62,538 nt of DNA, taken from the NCBI GenBank assembly GCA_021801925.1, contig JAKABH010000003.1:1-62538 (forward strand), read 5' to 3'. The translations under genes and the position numbers were made by a program. Below are positions 26,630-35,854 of the stretch, in pieces. Under the pieces are notes generated by a model. It saw only the letters and a list, made by a program, of their open reading frames with translations, was not told the DNA's origin and did no database searches. The stretch comes from Thermoplasmata archaeon (GTDB taxonomy: Archaea; Thermoplasmatota; Thermoplasmata; Lutacidiplasmatales; UBA184). Every line of letters begins with the position of its first letter. Position 1 is the first letter of the stretch.

Positions 26630-27646
26630 CTAATGGTAGGTGTCGAAGCGGTACGGCGCGAGGGGGAGCGCTCCGAGCACCATGAGGAACTCGGGCGGGG
26701 TGAGGACGGGACGGGGGTAGCTCGGACCGTCATCGAGGGCGATGCGGGGACAGGCGGTGTTGACGTACGCCTCGAACGCGCGTCCTTCGAGGTCCCGGGG
26801 GTCGAGCCGGTCGAAGTAGAGGAGCTCGGCCTGACGGCCGGCCGCCTCGGCCCGCGCGCGCAGCGCGAGGGCGGTCGGGGCGCGGTTCTGGCCGGCGAAC
26901 GTGGAGACGAGGATCCCCCACCGTCGGGCGTCCCGCGCCGCCGCGACGGCGAGCTGGCGTCGGGCGACGAGCGTCGCCCGGTCGATCGGCGGCTCGAGGG
27001 TGCCCTGCAGCGGATCCAACGCCCAGACGGGGCGGTCGACGGCGAACGCGAGCCCGACCGGGTGGAACTGCCCGGTGCCGACGAAGAGGAAGCCGTCGAC
27101 CCGATCGGCGACCGCCTCCGCGCCGGTGTAGTTGCAGCCGAGCGCCTGGGCCCGGTAGTACAGCCGCCGGTCCCCCGAGCCGACGAAGGTCTCGTAGCCG
27201 CGGGCCGCCAGCGCCGCCTCGAGGCGGGGGACGAGGTCGAGGTGCTGGACCGACGCGACGAGCCCGAGCCGGCGCGGCAGGCCGGCGGCGGCGACCGTCG
27301 CCGCGAGCGCCTCCGGGTCGCCCGCCGGCTCGCGCATCTCGACGAAGAACGTCCGCCGGGGCAGCGGGACGTTCGGGATCGGGGCGTGGCCGAGGACGAC
27401 CGCCAGCTCCGAGCGCGGCGCCTCGTCCGGCGACGGGAAGTCGCAGGCGCCGAAGCACGGCCGGGCGGCGAGGATCACCGGCGCCCCGCCCTCGTCCCGG
27501 AGCCGTTCGGCGAGCTCGTGGGCGTTGCGGACGAGCCCCGCGGGGACCTGGAGGACGACCCGGCCGGGGCGCGCGGCGCGCACGGCGGCGAACAGGGCGG
27601 GGCCGACCGTCGGGAAGACGACGGCCTGCACGTCGGGGTCGGTCAT
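26630..27646 (-). CDS. dph2: Diphthamide biosynthesis enzyme Dph2 (2-(3-amino-3-carboxypropyl)histidine synthase)
   Basis: ORF 26630..27646. Motifs: VLQVPAGL, CFGACDF, VLGHAPIP, QALGCNYTGA, FLFVGTGQFHPVGL, YVNTACPRIALDD. Confidence 0.85.
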   Translation of the reverse strand: MTDPDVQAVVFPTVGPALFAAVRAARPGRVVLQVPAGLVRNAHELAERLRDEGGAPVILAARPCFGACDFPSPDEAPRSELAVVLGHAPIPNVPLPRRTFFVEMREPAGDPEALAATVAAAGLPRRLGLVASVQHLDLVPRLEAALAARGYETFVGSGDRRLYYRAQALGCNYTGAEAVADRVDGFLFVGTGQFHPVGLAFAVDRPVWALDPLQGTLEPPIDRATLVARRQLAVAAARDARRWGILVSTFAGQNRAPTALALRARAEAAGRQAELLYFDRLDPRDLEGRAFEAYVNTACPRIALDDGPSYPRPVLTPPEFLMVLGALPLAPYRFDTYH

Positions 27647-27677
27647 GATCGGAGGGCGGAACGACCGGTGGGGTCCG

Positions 27678-28130
27678 CTAAAGGTTTGGGATGCGCTCGG
27701 CGAGGCGGGCGAGCGCGGCGCGGTTGTCCGGAAAGTGGAGGCGGGCTAGGGCGGCGTCGAGGGGAAGCCACGCCGCCTCCGCGTGCTCCGGGCTCAACCG
27801 GGGGACGAACGACGCGGGGACGCGGACCGCGTAGGCGTGGAGCCGCCAGACCTCCCCGTTGTCGGCGCGGAAGCGGACGTGCCAGTCGAGGGGCGCGATC
27901 GACTCCGGGTCGGTGAGGCCGGTCTCCTCGGCCAGCTCGCGGCGGAGGGCGGCGTCCCAGTCGGCGTCGTCGGGGTCGACCTTCCCGCTGATCGGCACCC
28001 AGATCGATCCCCGCCCCGGGGGCCGGCGGAAGAGGAGGAGGCGGAGCGGCCGGACGGCGTAGAGGTACCCCTCGACGCATTCGCGGGCGACCGGCTCCGC
28101 CGGATCGGGCTCCGAGAACGCCCCGTCCAT
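27678..28130 (-). CDS. NUDIX hydrolase
   Basis: ORF 27678..28130. Nudix box: GKVDPDDADWDAALRRELAEETGL. Confidence 0.75.
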   Translation of the reverse strand: MDGAFSEPDPAEPVARECVEGYLYAVRPLRLLLFRRPPGRGSIWVPISGKVDPDDADWDAALRRELAEETGLTDPESIAPLDWHVRFRADNGEVWRLHAYAVRVPASFVPRLSPEHAEAAWLPLDAALARLHFPDNRAALARLAERIPNL

Positions 28131-28142
28131 GGGGGCCGACGC

Positions 28143-28547
28143 CTACCGGCCGCGGGTGAGCAGCTGCATGATCGCCTCGGCGGGGGCGCCGTGGGCCCGG
28201 AACAGCGCCTCGACCGCCGTCGGCCGGTCGACCTGCGCCTGCTCCATGACGAGGGCGATGTCCTCCTCGGGCGGTCCGGCGGGGGCGGACGGGGCCGCCG
28301 GGGCGTCGGCCCCCGCGGCGGCCGGGGGGGCCGCCCCCCGGGGCCGCACGACGGGGGTGCCGACGACCTGGTAGGTGGTGATCCCCTGGACGGTGAGGAT
28401 CGTCACGTCCGGGTGCGCAAAGACGTGCTCGTGGGTGCGGGTCCGCACGACGACCTCCTGGACGTCGTCGACCGGCTCGCTCCGCATCCCCATCCGGCGC
28501 ATCATCAGCTCCATCTGGCGCGGGTTGCGGGGACCGCCGGGGATCAT
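28143..28547 (-). CDS. nac: Nascent polypeptide-associated complex protein (NAC domain + C-terminal UBA)
   Basis: ORF 28143..28547. Motifs: PRQMELMMRRMGM, EVVVRTRTHEHVFAHPDVTILTVQGITTYQVVG, EEDIALVMEQAQVDRPTAVEALFRAHG. Confidence 0.85.
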   Translation of the reverse strand: MIPGGPRNPRQMELMMRRMGMRSEPVDDVQEVVVRTRTHEHVFAHPDVTILTVQGITTYQVVGTPVVRPRGAAPPAAAGADAPAAPSAPAGPPEEDIALVMEQAQVDRPTAVEALFRAHGAPAEAIMQLLTRGR

Positions 28548-28556
28548 CGGCCGCTC

Positions 28557-29786
28557 CTACTCCGCGTCCCCGGTCGCCGTACGGATCCGCGCCTCGAGGT
28601 CGGGGTCGTCCCCCGCATCGTCGTCGGCGGCCACGCGCCGGCCCCGGGACTGGGCGCGCCGGCTCCCGGACTTCCGGCCGAGCTGGCGGCCGAGCTCCTC
28701 GAGGATCGCCGAGACGGCCGCCATCAGGTTCCAGCCGGTCTGGGTCGCGTAGAACATCCCGGAGTCCGTCTGCAGCCGCCCCTCGACCGTGATGTCGGCG
28801 GTCCGGTGCGTCGAATGCGGGCTCAGGTGGACGCTCAGGAGGATCGGCCGGCCGTGGTGCGCGAGCCGCTTCAACCCCTGGGCGACGAGGTGGTCGATGT
28901 CGGCGAGGAGGCCCGGATCGCTGGAGCCGCGCAGGCCCGTGATCTCGACGTAGCAGTCCTCGATCCCGCCGCTTCCCCGTTGGGCGCGGGCGGCGCCGAC
29001 GACGAGGCCGAGCAGGTCGGCCTGGCCGACGATCCGGGTCGGCCGCTCGTCCTCGAGGACGAAGACGCTCGACACCTTCGCCTTCGTCATGCGGGCGGCG
29101 GCCTCCGCCGCGTCGGCCCCGGCGTCGACGGTGACGGCGGGGGTGTGCATGAACGAGTCGATCCGCACGTCGAGCGCCCGCGTCGTCTGGGGGAGGTCCC
29201 GCTTGCCGCCGGTGTCCGGCCGCCAGAGGACGGCGGCGAGGTCGGCGACCCCGACCGCGCCGACGAGCCGGCCCTTGCGGTTGACGACGGGCAGCGGGTG
29301 GTCCTCGAGAGTGCGGAACTGGGCCTGCAGGTGGCGGACCGTGTCGTCCTCGCGGAGGAGGACGGTCGCCGGGGAGCCGAGGCGGGCGACCGGCTCGTGG
29401 GGGAAGGCGGTAAGCCGCGGCAGCGCGGCGACCAGGTCGGTGCGGGAGATGACCCCGAGGAGCTCCCCCTTCTTCCCGACGACGGGGGCGCCCCGCAGCC
29501 CGCTCCCCAGCAGGATCTCGGCCGCCTCGGGGAGGCTCAGGTTCGCGGTGACGAGCGGCGCGGGCGTGAGCAGCCCGGCGACCTTCGAGAGGGAGGCGCG
29601 GCTGACCCGGCGGGCGAGCGCATCGAAGGTGATGATCCCGGCGAGCCGACGGCGGTCGACGACGGGGATCTCGTGGTAGGCCCGGGTCCGCATGATCCCG
29701 AGCGCCTGCGAGATCGGGGCGTCGAGCGGGATCGTCACCGGGCGGGTCGTCATCAGGTCGGCGACGGTCGGCCATCCAGTCGGCAT
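28557..29786 (-). CDS. Four-CBS-domain protein with a C-terminal HPF/RaiA-like (beta-alpha-beta-beta-beta-alpha) domain
   Basis: ORF 28557..29786. Four CBS repeats (..VADLMTTRPVTIP..HEIPVVD..LAGIITFDAL.. and so on). C-terminal ~100 aa: YVEITGLRGSSDPGLLADIDHLVAQGLKRLAHHGRPILLSVHLSPHSTHRTADITVEGRLQTDSGMFYATQTGWNLMAAVSAILEELGRQLGRK. Confidence 0.7.
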   Translation of the reverse strand: MPTGWPTVADLMTTRPVTIPLDAPISQALGIMRTRAYHEIPVVDRRRLAGIITFDALARRVSRASLSKVAGLLTPAPLVTANLSLPEAAEILLGSGLRGAPVVGKKGELLGVISRTDLVAALPRLTAFPHEPVARLGSPATVLLREDDTVRHLQAQFRTLEDHPLPVVNRKGRLVGAVGVADLAAVLWRPDTGGKRDLPQTTRALDVRIDSFMHTPAVTVDAGADAAEAAARMTKAKVSSVFVLEDERPTRIVGQADLLGLVVGAARAQRGSGGIEDCYVEITGLRGSSDPGLLADIDHLVAQGLKRLAHHGRPILLSVHLSPHSTHRTADITVEGRLQTDSGMFYATQTGWNLMAAVSAILEELGRQLGRKSGSRRAQSRGRRVAADDDAGDDPDLEARIRTATGDAE

Positions 29787-29840
29787 GGTCGGCCCATCCG
29801 GCGCGGGGGTCTTAGCCCCTCCGTGTCGCGGGCGCGACGC

Positions 29841-30353
29841 TCAGGGGAGCGGCCGAGCCATCTGGTAGCCGTTCTCCCCGTCGGAGTAGTAGCCCCGCAG
29901 GAGGTCGACGACCGAGTAGTCGAAGCGGGTGTAGAACCGGATCGCCGTCGCGTTCGAGACCCGGACCTCGAGCGTGACCCGCTGGTACCCCCGTTCCCGG
30001 CACCGGTCGAGGAACGTCGTCATGAGGCGACGGCCGACCCCGCGGGTCCGCCAGTTCCGGTCGACGGCGAACATCAGGATCCGCGCCTCCCGGGGGACCT
30101 GGGAGACGCCGAGGAGGAAGGCGACCGGCACGTCGTGGGGGTCGGCCGCGATCAGGAACCCCTCGGGCCAGTCGGCGCTCAGCGACAGGTAGAGCCCGGG
30201 GTCGTAGTGCTCGTGGAGGGCGTCGGCGACGATCGCCGCGACGAACGGGACGTCGGTCGGGCGGAACCGGCGGAGGACGACCGCCGGATCGGGGCCTTCG
30301 AGGGGGACCGGGGCCGCGGAAGGGCCGGGCGCGGAATCAGCGATACATCTCAC
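29841..30353 (-). CDS. GNAT N-acetyltransferase (RimI / N-terminal acetyltransferase-like)
   Basis: ORF 29841..30353. Motif: ARILMFAVDRNWRTRGVGRRLMTTFLDRCRERGYQRVTLEVRVSNATAIRFYTRFDY. Confidence 0.7.
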   Translation of the reverse strand: MRCIADSAPGPSAAPVPLEGPDPAVVLRRFRPTDVPFVAAIVADALHEHYDPGLYLSLSADWPEGFLIAADPHDVPVAFLLGVSQVPREARILMFAVDRNWRTRGVGRRLMTTFLDRCRERGYQRVTLEVRVSNATAIRFYTRFDYSVVDLLRGYYSDGENGYQMARPLP

Positions 30354-31116
30354 CCGCCCCGGCCGGCGAGGCCTCGCGCATCGTCGCCATCGACTGCTTC
30401 GTCTGCCGGAGGTTCTCCCGGACCTCCGCCTCGATCTGCTTCGCCTTCTCGCGCAGCGGCTTCGTGTCGAGCGAGATCAGCGGGACGAGCGGGTTCACCG
30501 TCTCGATCACCTTCGCCGCGGCGCGGGCGTCCGGATAATCCTTGTGGGCCTGGGCGACCAGGCAGAGGACCGGGGTCGATCGGTCGATCGCCCCGAGGAG
30601 GAGGCCGCCCGCGAAACCGGTGACGACCCCGTTCGCGGCCGGGAAGCGGTACTTCTCGAGGAGGGGGGCGGCGGCGCGGTTCGCCATGGCGACGATCCGC
30701 GCGTCGGCGCCGACCTCCCCCTCGAGCGGCTGCCCCTCGATGGCGACGACGAGGTGGATCCCTTTCGCCTCCGCCCAGTCGAGGAGGGCGCGGCCGAGGA
30801 CGTTCAACAGGTCGACCGGGGGCTGGATGTCGGCGATCGTGACGACGAGCTGGTCGCAGGAGCGGTCGACGCCGCAGACGAGCTTGCTGGCGTAGAGGCG
30901 GACCGGGGCGCAGACGACCCCCTCCTCCATCACCACCGTCGGGGGGAACGCCTCGCTCGTCACGTAGGCGATCGGCTCCATGTCGAGGGCGTGGACGAGG
31001 TAGGAGGCGGCGACCGATCCGACCAGGCCGTGCGTCGGGAAGCCGACGACCATCATCGCCCCACGGAGCGACTCGTCGCGGGTGTCGACGACCGCCACGC
31101 CTCCCCTGCCCGCCAT
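30337..31116 (-). CDS. PAC2-family proteasome assembly chaperone (PbaA/B-like) with C-terminal HbYX motif
   Basis: ORF 30337..31116. N-terminal VVGFPTHGLVGSVAASYLV. The C-terminus ends ..GAGEMYR (Met-Tyr-X). Confidence 0.75.
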   Translation of the reverse strand: MAGRGGVAVVDTRDESLRGAMMVVGFPTHGLVGSVAASYLVHALDMEPIAYVTSEAFPPTVVMEEGVVCAPVRLYASKLVCGVDRSCDQLVVTIADIQPPVDLLNVLGRALLDWAEAKGIHLVVAIEGQPLEGEVGADARIVAMANRAAAPLLEKYRFPAANGVVTGFAGGLLLGAIDRSTPVLCLVAQAHKDYPDARAAAKVIETVNPLVPLISLDTKPLREKAKQIEAEVRENLRQTKQSMATMREASPAGAGEMYR

Positions 31117-31238
31117 CGTCCGATCGTGGGCGCGAGAACGGTCCCGCTTCTTCTGCTTTGGGCTCGGCCCGCGGCGGCGGGGAGTCGGGCCACCGGGCGC
31201 CTTAAGACCCCGAACCGATTGCGGCCGCGGTCGCCGCC

Positions 31239-32567
31239 ATGAAGGTCCTCGTCACCGGGGTCGATGGGTATTCGGGGTGGCCGCTCGCCCTCCACCTCCT
31301 CGCCCGCGGGCACGATGTCGCCGGGCTCGACAATCTGGTCACGCGCCGGCGGGTCGCCGAGGTCGGCAGCTGGTCGGCGACGCCGATCCCCCCGATCTCC
31401 CGCCGCCTCGCCGCGGTCAAGGAGGTCTTCGGACGGGAGCTCCGCTTCTACCGCGGCGACCTCGGCGACTGGTCGTTCGTCCGCGCCGTCCTCGACACGG
31501 AACGGCCGGAGGCGATCGTCCACCTCGCCGAGCAGCGGTCGGCGCCGTACTCGATGATCGACGTCCACCACGCGGTGGCGACCCAGGTCGAGAACCTGAC
31601 GGGGACCCTCCACCTCCTCTACGCGATCAAGGAGGTCGTGCCGGACGCCCACCTCGTGAAGATGGGGACGATGGGGGAGTACGGGACCCCGAACGTCGAC
31701 ATCCCCGAGGGATTCTTCGAGATCGAGTTCCGCGGCCGCACCGACCGCCTCCCGTTCCCCCGCCAGGCCGGCTCGTGGTACCACTGGAGCAAGGTCTTCG
31801 ACTCGGGGGACGTGATGTTCGCCTCGAAGATCTTCCGCCTCCGGGCGACCGACGTGATGCAGGGGGTCCTCTACGGGATCCGGACCCCCGAGATCACCGA
31901 CGACCGGCTGCTCACGCGCTTCGACTTCGACGAGACGTGGGGGACGGCGCTGAACCGCTTCATCGCCCAGGCGGTCCTCGGGCTTCCCCTCACGCCGTAC
32001 GGGAAGGGGGAGCAGCGGCGGGGGTTCATCGCGCTCGAGGATTCGATGCAGTCGCTGCGCCTCGCCGTCGAGCACCCGGCCGAGCCCGGGGAGTACCGCG
32101 TCTTCAACCAGTTCGACGCCGCCTACTCCGTGAACGAGCTCGCGGAGCGGATCGCCCGGATCGCGACCGAGTTCGGCCTGCGTCCGACGATCGAGCACCC
32201 GCCCGACCCCCGGGTCGAGGCGGAGCAGCACTACTACCACCCGCTCCACGACCGCCTGCCCGAGCTCGGCTACCGGCGGACCCGGGAGCTGGACGACGTG
32301 ATCCGCGAGATCTTCCGCGACCTCCTGCGGTACCGGCGCCGGCTCGTCGCCCGGCGCCACGTCGTCGCGGCGACCGTCAACTGGCGCCTCCCCGACAGCC
32401 GCCCCCTGCTCGGGGCCCGCCGGGGGGGGCCGTCGGCCGACCCCGGGGCCGACCCGACCGCGCCGGGCGCGCCGGCCCCGGCGGGGGGCGACGGCTCCGC
32501 AGCAGCGGCACCCGATCCCGACCGCCCGGGGCCCCCCGCGCCCCCGCCGTCCGAGCCTCCGGCGTAG
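31239..32567 (+). CDS. agl3: UDP-sulfoquinovose synthase (SQD1/SqdB/Agl3 family) with a P/A-rich C-terminal tail
   Basis: ORF 31239..32567. Near-collinear with SQD1 signatures: GVDGYSGWPLALHL, SWSATPIPPISRRL, VHLAEQRSAPYSMID, LVKMGTMGEYGTPNVDIPEG, GRTDRLPFPRQAGSWYHWSKVFDS, RATDVMQGVLYG, RFDFDETWGTALNRF, PLTPYGKGEQRRGFI, YRVFNQF, PRVEAEQHYY. Confidence 0.85.
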   Translation: MKVLVTGVDGYSGWPLALHLLARGHDVAGLDNLVTRRRVAEVGSWSATPIPPISRRLAAVKEVFGRELRFYRGDLGDWSFVRAVLDTERPEAIVHLAEQRSAPYSMIDVHHAVATQVENLTGTLHLLYAIKEVVPDAHLVKMGTMGEYGTPNVDIPEGFFEIEFRGRTDRLPFPRQAGSWYHWSKVFDSGDVMFASKIFRLRATDVMQGVLYGIRTPEITDDRLLTRFDFDETWGTALNRFIAQAVLGLPLTPYGKGEQRRGFIALEDSMQSLRLAVEHPAEPGEYRVFNQFDAAYSVNELAERIARIATEFGLRPTIEHPPDPRVEAEQHYYHPLHDRLPELGYRRTRELDDVIREIFRDLLRYRRRLVARRHVVAATVNWRLPDSRPLLGARRGGPSADPGADPTAPGAPAPAGGDGSAAAAPDPDRPGPPAPPPSEPPA

Positions 32568-32578
32568 GGGAGCCCGCG

Positions 32579-33460
32579 ATGCAGGCGGTCGTCACGCTCG
32601 CCGGCGAAGGGACCCGGATGCTCCCGTGGAGCCGGGGGCTCCGCAAGGAGTTCCTCCCGCTGTACGACCGCGGCAGCACGGGGGAGCCGGTCCTCAAGCC
32701 GGTCGCGCACCTGGTCGTCGAGAGCCTGGTCGCCGCCGGCGCCGACCACGTCACGATCGTCGTCCAGCCGCGGGACGCCGGCTTCGTGCAGAACTACTTC
32801 AGCGTCGACCCGACGTTCCTCGTCCGCCACCGGCGGACCCCGGAGCGCCTCCGCGAGACCCGCGAGTTCTACCGGACGCTCGGCCGGGTGCAGTTCGGCT
32901 TTGTCTCGCAGCCGCGCGCTGCCGGCTTCGGCGACGCGGTCCTCCGCGCCGAGGCGACCGTCGGCGCCCGGCCGTTCTTCCTCCACGCCGGCGACGGGGT
33001 CCTCCTCGAGCCGCACCGCGGGGCGGCGCTCCGCGCCATGGCGGCGCTCCGGGACGCGGAGTCGCTGGATGCGGTGCTGCTCGTCCGGCGGGTCGCCGAC
33101 GCCCGCCGCTACGGCGTCGTCGAGGGGGTCCCCGCCGGCCGCGCGGGGCCGTTCGCCCGCCTCGCGGTCTCGGCGATAACGGAGAAGCCGCCGCGGCCGC
33201 GCTCCTCTTGGGCGGCGACGGCCGTCTACGTCTTCGGCCCCGGCCTCTTCCCCGCCCTCCGGGCGGTCCGGCGGGAGGAGCACCCCCGCGAGCTCGAGCT
33301 GACCGACGGGATCCGCCGGCTGCTCCGGGACGGCGGCCGCGTCGCCGCCCTGGTCCTCGGGCCCCGGACGGGCGCCTGGCGGTCGGTCGGCTCGCCGGAC
33401 GGGTATGCGAAGGCGCTCGTCCAGACCCGGTCCAGGGCGCGCCGGGGCGTCCGGCCGTAG
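32579..33460 (+). CDS. Sugar-1-phosphate nucleotidyltransferase (UTP-glucose-1-phosphate uridylyltransferase-like)
   Basis: ATG at 32579 within ORF 31082..33460. Motifs: VVTLAGEGTRMLPWSRGLRKEFLPL, GFGDAVL, YGVV. Confidence 0.7.
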   Translation: MQAVVTLAGEGTRMLPWSRGLRKEFLPLYDRGSTGEPVLKPVAHLVVESLVAAGADHVTIVVQPRDAGFVQNYFSVDPTFLVRHRRTPERLRETREFYRTLGRVQFGFVSQPRAAGFGDAVLRAEATVGARPFFLHAGDGVLLEPHRGAALRAMAALRDAESLDAVLLVRRVADARRYGVVEGVPAGRAGPFARLAVSAITEKPPRPRSSWAATAVYVFGPGLFPALRAVRREEHPRELELTDGIRRLLRDGGRVAALVLGPRTGAWRSVGSPDGYAKALVQTRSRARRGVRP

Positions 33461-33544
33461 GCGAACGATTAAGTTTCGAAGGGCCTTGCCGCCCCTCGTG
33501 CCCCGGGGGCGGCCGGCCGGCCGTCCGGTGCGCGCCCGGACCCC

Positions 33545-34630
33545 ATGAAGAGACAGATGGTCGACATGCTCGCGGAGCTGATCAAGATCCCGAGCGACCC
33601 GTTCTCCGACAAGCAGGAAGTGTTGGACTACGTCCAGTCGTTCACCGACCAGATCCACATGCGGAACACCCTCTTCGGCGACACCTCCGCCCCGAGCCTC
33701 CTCGCGGAGTACGGGCAGGGCGGGGTCGTCCTCTCCGGCCACCTCGACACCCCGCCGGTGGGGGACTACTGGAGCTTCTCCCAGAGCCAGCTCGCCTCGG
33801 GCCGGATGTACGGGCGGGGCGCCGCCGACATGAAGGGGACGGTCATCGCGATGCTCGAGGCGGCGCAGGACCTGGTCGCCCGGAAGATCCCGGTCGTCCT
33901 CGCCTTCACCACGGACGAGGAGACGACGATGCAGGGCGCCGCCGCGCTGTCGAAGACGCTCCCCCTGCGGCGGGCGAAGGCGGTCGTCGTCGGCGAGCCG
34001 ACCGGCCTGCGCGTCGCCGCCTCGGAGAAGGGGGTCTTGGACCTCGCCATCGAGACCCGCGGGAAGGCGGCCCACGGGGCGATGCCCCATCTGGGGGAGA
34101 ACGCGATCGGGAAGATGATGCGGATCCTCCGCGGCCTGGAGTCGTTCAAGGGCCGCATCGCCCACCCCGAGCTCGGCTCGGTGACGCTCAACATCGGGAC
34201 GTTCAACGGCGGCACGCGGCTGAACGTCGTCCCGAACAAGTGCGCGGCGGAGGTCGACATCCGCTTCCCGCCCCCGTACACGCCCGACCAGCTCTACCAC
34301 GAGGTCGAGGAGCACCTGCGCCGGATCAAGACCCCGTTCACCCTCCGCCGGATCCTCACGATGCCGGCCGTGCAGATCGACCCGGCGGCGGAGCACGTCC
34401 AGATCCTCCGCGAGGTCGCCCAGGCGGAGACGACGGTCCTCGTCCACGCCTCCGAGGCGGTCTACTACAGCCTCGTGAACCCGCGGGTCGTGATCTTCGG
34501 CGCGGGTGAGGAGGAGCTCTCCCACCAGGCGAACGAGTACGTGAAGGTCGAGGCGGTCGCGCGGGCGACCGAGGTCTACAAGAAGTATGCCCAGCGGCTC
34601 GCCGCCGTCCGCACGCCGGCGGTGGCGTAG
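33545..34630 (+). CDS. M20-family metallopeptidase/deacylase (ArgE/DapE-like)
   Basis: ORF 33545..34630. Motifs: VVLSGHLDTPPVG, MYGRGAADMKG, AFTTDEETT, GEPTGL, KAAHGAMPHLGENAI. Confidence 0.75.
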   Translation: MKRQMVDMLAELIKIPSDPFSDKQEVLDYVQSFTDQIHMRNTLFGDTSAPSLLAEYGQGGVVLSGHLDTPPVGDYWSFSQSQLASGRMYGRGAADMKGTVIAMLEAAQDLVARKIPVVLAFTTDEETTMQGAAALSKTLPLRRAKAVVVGEPTGLRVAASEKGVLDLAIETRGKAAHGAMPHLGENAIGKMMRILRGLESFKGRIAHPELGSVTLNIGTFNGGTRLNVVPNKCAAEVDIRFPPPYTPDQLYHEVEEHLRRIKTPFTLRRILTMPAVQIDPAAEHVQILREVAQAETTVLVHASEAVYYSLVNPRVVIFGAGEEELSHQANEYVKVEAVARATEVYKKYAQRLAAVRTPAVA

Positions 34631-34675
34631 CGTTCCGCCCGCGGCCTTATCAACCGGCCGCGCCGCTCCCCCCGC

Positions 34676-35854
34676 GTGAAGGTCGCCCAGCTCTCGACCC
34701 GGTATCCCCCCGGGCCCGGCGGGGTGGAGCGCCACGTCGCGGAGATCGCCCCGCGGCTCGGCGCCCGCGGCTTCGCCGTCGACGTCTACACGAGCGATCT
34801 CCTGCGCGAATACCCGTGGGAGCGCCTCCCGCCGTCCGTCCCCCGGGAGGAGGCGACCTCCTTCGGCCACGTCCACCGGCTCCCCGTCGTCTCGCTCCCC
34901 GGCCCGTTCCACTACCCGTTCTTCCGGGGCCTCGGCGCGGCGCTCGCCCGGGACCGGCCGGACCTCGTGCACGTCCATACGTTCGGCACGCACCACGTCG
35001 CCGTCGCCCGGCGCTACGGCCGCCGGACCCGGACCCCGTTCGTGCTGACGGCCCACTTCCACCCGATCTGGTCGATCGAGGGGGGCTGGATCCGCCACCG
35101 GATCCGCGGTTTCTACGACCGGCGGCTCGCCGACCCGATCGTCCGGGACGCCGCCCGGGTGATCGTGCAGACCCACGAGGAGGAGCGGCTCCTCCGCCTC
35201 CTCGGGCTCCGGCTTCCGCCGGTGGCGATCATCCCGCCCGGCTACTCCCCGCTCCCGCCGCCCCCCGCGGCGGGGGCGTTCCGGGCCGCCGCCCGGATCG
35301 ACGGGCCGTACCTCCTCTTCGTCGGCCGCCTCGCCTCGAACAAGGGCCTGCTCCCGCTCCTCGAGGCGTTCGCCCCGCTCGCCCGGGACGATCCGGCGGC
35401 GACCCTGTTGCTGGTCGGCGCGGACGGCGGGATGCGCGCCGCCGTCGAGGGCCGACGGCGGGCGCTCGGCCTCCACGACCGCGTGCGGATCCTCGGCCAC
35501 CTCGCCGACGACGCGCTCCTCGCCGACGCCTACCGGGGCGCCCGCCTGGTGGTGCTGCCGAGCGACTACGAGGCGTTCGGCCTCGTGCTCCTCGAGGCGC
35601 TGGCGCAGGGGACCCCGGTCGTCGCGAGCCGCGTCGGCGGGATCCCCGAGTTCGTGGAGGACGGGCGCGCCGGCCTCCTGGTCCCCCCGGGGGACGTCCC
35701 CGCGCTCGCGGCGGCGCTCCGCCGGCTCTGGGACGATCCGGCGCTCGCCCGCCGGCTCGGGGCGTTCGGGCGCGACGAGGTCGTGCCGCGCTACTCCTGG
35801 GAACAGGTCGTCGACCGGCTCGTCGACGTCTACCACGAGGTGCGCGGGACGTGA
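34676..35854 (+). CDS. Glycosyltransferase family 4
   Basis: ORF 34676..35854. N-terminal MKVAQLSTRYPPGPGGVERHV. C-terminal GT-B motif: LVVLPSDYEAFGLVLLEALAQGTPVVASRVGGIPEFVEDG. Confidence 0.8.
   Translation: MKVAQLSTRYPPGPGGVERHVAEIAPRLGARGFAVDVYTSDLLREYPWERLPPSVPREEATSFGHVHRLPVVSLPGPFHYPFFRGLGAALARDRPDLVHVHTFGTHHVAVARRYGRRTRTPFVLTAHFHPIWSIEGGWIRHRIRGFYDRRLADPIVRDAARVIVQTHEEERLLRLLGLRLPPVAIIPPGYSPLPPPPAAGAFRAAARIDGPYLLFVGRLASNKGLLPLLEAFAPLARDDPAATLLLVGADGGMRAAVEGRRRALGLHDRVRILGHLADDALLADAYRGARLVVLPSDYEAFGLVLLEALAQGTPVVASRVGGIPEFVEDGRAGLLVPPGDVPALAAALRRLWDDPALARRLGAFGRDEVVPRYSWEQVVDRLVDVYHEVRGT

Noticed and set aside
32400-32567. P/A/G-rich low-complexity stretch at the end of the sulfoquinovose synthase gene. 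Possible repeat element or mis-called stop.
   Set aside because: There is no nucleotide-level periodicity. It remains in frame with G/C-ending codons and is followed by a properly spaced next gene. Most likely it is a disordered C-terminal tail.
32270-35836. 1188-aa ORF on the minus strand, and similar giants: 4213..6804, 5906..8500, 7531..10329, 20613..23252, 27783..30623, 37208..38390, 53913..57602.
   Set aside because: They are extremely Arg/Pro/Gly/Asp-rich with no motifs. They lie antisense or out of frame to genes with unmistakable conserved signatures. Such shadow ORFs are expected in very G+C-rich DNA.
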